From the UHGV virus genome UHGV-0388326: 39,034 nt of DNA, one strand, 5' to 3'. The DNA is from a virus. Under the pieces are notes generated by a model, which saw only the letters and a program-made list of their open reading frames with translations, was not told where the DNA came from and ran no database searches. Positions within the stretch are counted from its first letter, which is position 1; each line of letters opens with the position of its first letter. Position numbers and translations under genes: made by a program. Shown one piece after another: positions 36,707 to 39,034 of this stretch.

Positions 36707-37054
36707 ATGAGAAAACAGATACAGGCTCTTGGTCGACTCAAAACAGGCCAGATGAACAAAACAGAATCTGCGTATTGCCAGCACCTTGAGCAGCGTAAAC
36801 GTGCAGGGGAAATCGCCTGGTATCGATTCGAGGGTATCAAGCTGCGGTTAGCTAATAACACGTTCTATACGCCCGATTTCGCTGTGATGCTCGCCACCGG
36901 CGAGATGGAGCTGCACGAAGTGAAAGGGGGATTCTGGACCGATGACGCCAGAGTGAAAACCAAAGTCGCCGCAGATCAGTATCCGTTCCGAATCATCGGG
37001 GTAACGGTTAAGCCAAAGAAAGCAGGTGGTGGCTGGAACATCGAAGAGTTCTGA
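36707..37054 (+). CDS. DUF1064-like protein (PD-(D/E)XK fold nuclease-like)
   Basis: 115 aa; YTPDF...ELHEVKG pattern as in DUF1064 family. Confidence 0.5.
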   Translation: MRKQIQALGRLKTGQMNKTESAYCQHLEQRKRAGEIAWYRFEGIKLRLANNTFYTPDFAVMLATGEMELHEVKGGFWTDDARVKTKVAADQYPFRIIGVTVKPKKAGGGWNIEEF

Positions 37055-37115
37055 ATCGACGATCTTTTTAGTTATCAATGTAATCAATAAGTTATGTGGA
37101 TAAGCGAGGGTAAAG

Positions 37116-37745
37116 ATGGACGGTAATATCAAAGGGTTAGTTTCCGCCGGGCATGAGATGGCTTCGGAACTGAAAGCAGAATGTGGTGCCGTTGATATGC
37201 GCAGTGTGGCAAAGCTGATCAGCGATTTGGCAACGCAACTGGAAGTGCAACTGGTGCGTGCTAATGCGCTGGCGGCGGAGAATGCGGGGCTGAAGGCTGG
37301 GGCTATGTATTTCTCATATGGCTCTGAATTTAGTTTCGAGTGTCACAAAACTGCTGAGGAGGCTATCGCTGCTGCTGAGGCTGCAATTGACGACTATAGA
37401 GGCGATGCTTGCGATGGATGGAGCGAAGAGGTCGAAAGCATTTGCTGGGGGGTAATTATTCAGCAGGCAACCAAGGTCGGTGAACGCAAGAAGAGGAAAT
37501 GCGACAGAGTATCACCATGGATTGAAAGAGTTTGTGATTATGAGCTTCGACCTAATGTCGAAACCCCAGCCACCGACGCTTTCCTGGCTGAAGTTCGGGC
37601 GCAGGGGGTGGATATGGCTCGTAACGCGATGATTGATTTTGTTGATGGTGAAGTTGGGCCAAACAAGAACGTTCCGGGGCTGATTAGAGGCGCAGAGATA
37701 TGCGTAAGTATTGCTGAACAGCTTCGCAAAGGAGGCAACCAGTGA
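37116..37745 (+). CDS. hypothetical protein
   Basis: 209 aa ORF in nin-like region. Confidence 0.5.
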   Translation: MDGNIKGLVSAGHEMASELKAECGAVDMRSVAKLISDLATQLEVQLVRANALAAENAGLKAGAMYFSYGSEFSFECHKTAEEAIAAAEAAIDDYRGDACDGWSEEVESICWGVIIQQATKVGERKKRKCDRVSPWIERVCDYELRPNVETPATDAFLAEVRAQGVDMARNAMIDFVDGEVGPNKNVPGLIRGAEICVSIAEQLRKGGNQ

Positions 37746-38365
37746 GCGAAATTAATTACCAGGCACTGCGTGAGGCGGCGGAACGTGCAATTCCAGCAAT
37801 GGAACGCCTGTTAATGTTGCCAGCTGATGATGATTTGTTAAGTGAACAGGAACTTAAAGATTACGGTGTGGATATTGATGCGCTCAACGCCTTCAAATTT
37901 CTGGCCGGACCAGAAACCGTGCTGGCACTACTGGATGAACGGGAAAGAAACCAGCAATACATCAAACTCCGTGACCAGGAGAACGAGGATATTGCTCTAA
38001 CGGTAGGGAAGCTGCGTGTTGAGCTGGAAGCCGCAGAGAAGCGCAACGCAAAATTACAAAGCGAGAATGCATACATCCGCAACCGGTTCAAAGAACTGGA
38101 CCTGTTAATGGGGAAAAACATTCTGGTCATGCAGGCTGCCATTATCGAATGGCAGGCAACTGGCGACGCTAAGAGCGGACTGGCATGGATTTATAACACA
38201 CTGTTTGGCCCTGGCGAATTACCGGACGAATCTGAGAAAGATGCTCAGGCCTACTTTAATCGCAAATATGCACCGATTGACGAAAAGCTTATGGCGCTTC
38301 ACAAGTGGTTTTGGGAACAAAGTGAAGCTGAGCGCGCTGCTGGCATTCGCATCAAAGGAGAGTGA
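37742..38365 (+). CDS. Ead/Ea22-like protein
   Basis: N-terminus MSEINYQALREAAERA matches recalled Ea22-like start. Confidence 0.55.
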   Translation: MSEINYQALREAAERAIPAMERLLMLPADDDLLSEQELKDYGVDIDALNAFKFLAGPETVLALLDERERNQQYIKLRDQENEDIALTVGKLRVELEAAEKRNAKLQSENAYIRNRFKELDLLMGKNILVMQAAIIEWQATGDAKSGLAWIYNTLFGPGELPDESEKDAQAYFNRKYAPIDEKLMALHKWFWEQSEAERAAGIRIKGE

Positions 38366-38366
38366 T

Positions 38367-38564
38367 ATGGATAAAAACACCACTGCTTACTGGAGTCTTT
38401 CACTTGATACCGAATGTCCCAAATGTGGTCACAATTTCGATCTGCTTTGTGATCCAGATTTCTGGGAGTTTTCTGGAGCTAAACAGGCATGTGAAGAAAT
38501 AAAAGGTTACGAAACATGCTGTCCAGAATGTAACCATGAATTTAAAACAGATTTCGTGTATTGA
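38367..38564 (+). CDS. small zinc-ribbon protein
   Basis: 65 aa; CPKCGH...CPECNH; ATG 38367 with GGAG RBS (track ORF opens at 38205). Confidence 0.5.
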   Translation: MDKNTTAYWSLSLDTECPKCGHNFDLLCDPDFWEFSGAKQACEEIKGYETCCPECNHEFKTDFVY

Positions 38565-38574
38565 GGCATAACAA

Positions 38575-39034
38575 ATGACCACTATTACCAAAGAACGTAT
38601 TGAATTGTTCATTAAAAATCCGCTTGAAAACGGGCTTACTCGTGGCGAACAAATGGAACTGGCACGGATTGCGCTGGCATCGCTGGAAGCAGAGCCTGTA
38701 AGCCAAACTTACAACTTGCCAGAATTAATCGAAGGCATGGAAGTTTCCATTGATGTAAGCACTTGTGATGCTGATTTAGGTAATCGCTATTTCGGTACCG
38801 TCACCGAGGCGTTAGAACTTGATACAGCCAAGAATGGTTACATCCTCCTGGTTCAGGACGCAGAGCCAAACTTCGATGTAAATGGCAACTCTCCGGGAAC
38901 TCCGGATGGTTGGATAAGCTGTAGTGAGCGAATGCCGGATAAGTTAATTCCGGTAATTGTCATGTATGAAGACGGTGAAATGTGGTCTGCAATGTGGAAT
39001 GGCAATCGCTGGGATGATGGCACCGAATATCCGG
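38575..39034 (+). CDS. DUF551-like protein, 3'-truncated by window end
   Basis: ATG 38575 with GAGG RBS; open to window end; C-terminal W...SERMPDKLIPVIVMYEDGEMWSAMWNG pattern typical of DUF551; not in ORF track because incomplete. Confidence 0.55.
   Translation, partial: MTTITKERIELFIKNPLENGLTRGEQMELARIALASLEAEPVSQTYNLPELIEGMEVSIDVSTCDADLGNRYFGTVTEALELDTAKNGYILLVQDAEPNFDVNGNSPGTPDGWISCSERMPDKLIPVIVMYEDGEMWSAMWNGNRWDDGTEYP

Noticed and set aside
1-39034. CRISPR array, IS element or transposase
   Set aside because: No regularly spaced direct repeats with unique spacers and no transposase-like ORF or terminal inverted repeats seen.
1-39034. Integrated prophage with host flanking genes and attL/attR
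   Set aside because: Both window ends are phage genes and int with candidate attP is central; no host-like genes observed.

Overview
The window reads as a near-complete genome of a temperate podovirus rather than an integrated prophage with host flanks. It has phage genes at both ends, an integrase and candidate attP in the middle, and the early-right operon appears to continue from the window end (cro-like to DUF551 fragment) into the window start (ASCH-like, Cys-rich protein, terminase). Layout on +: terS/terL; a tRNA-Arg(UCU) on -; a T7-like virion module (small virion protein, portal, scaffold, major capsid, tail-tube-like proteins, four large internal/ejection proteins); then an AT-rich accessory cluster (lipoprotein, small secreted peptide, a two-gene cassette, Bro-N antirepressor, a LexA-boxed antirepressor-domain gene); an epsilon15/phiV10-type tailspike with convergent O-antigen acyltransferase; lysis cassette; integrase. 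The early-left operon on - holds a hypothetical, MT-A70 methyltransferase, PerC-like and AlpA-like regulators, SSAP, exonuclease. A two-HTH repressor sits between operator arrays in the lambda cI position, followed on + by a cro-like gene, O-like gene with iterons and P-like gene. Most notable: at least 16 copies of a 15-bp inverted repeat TTACC-N5-GGTAA in almost every promoter region; a perfect LexA box in front of a small gene homologous to the C-terminal domain of the antirepressor; an AT-rich two-gene cassette of unknown function; and a 12-bp perfect palindrome GTGACATGTCAC present three times. All product calls are from reading the translations and recalled family signatures; no searches were run.
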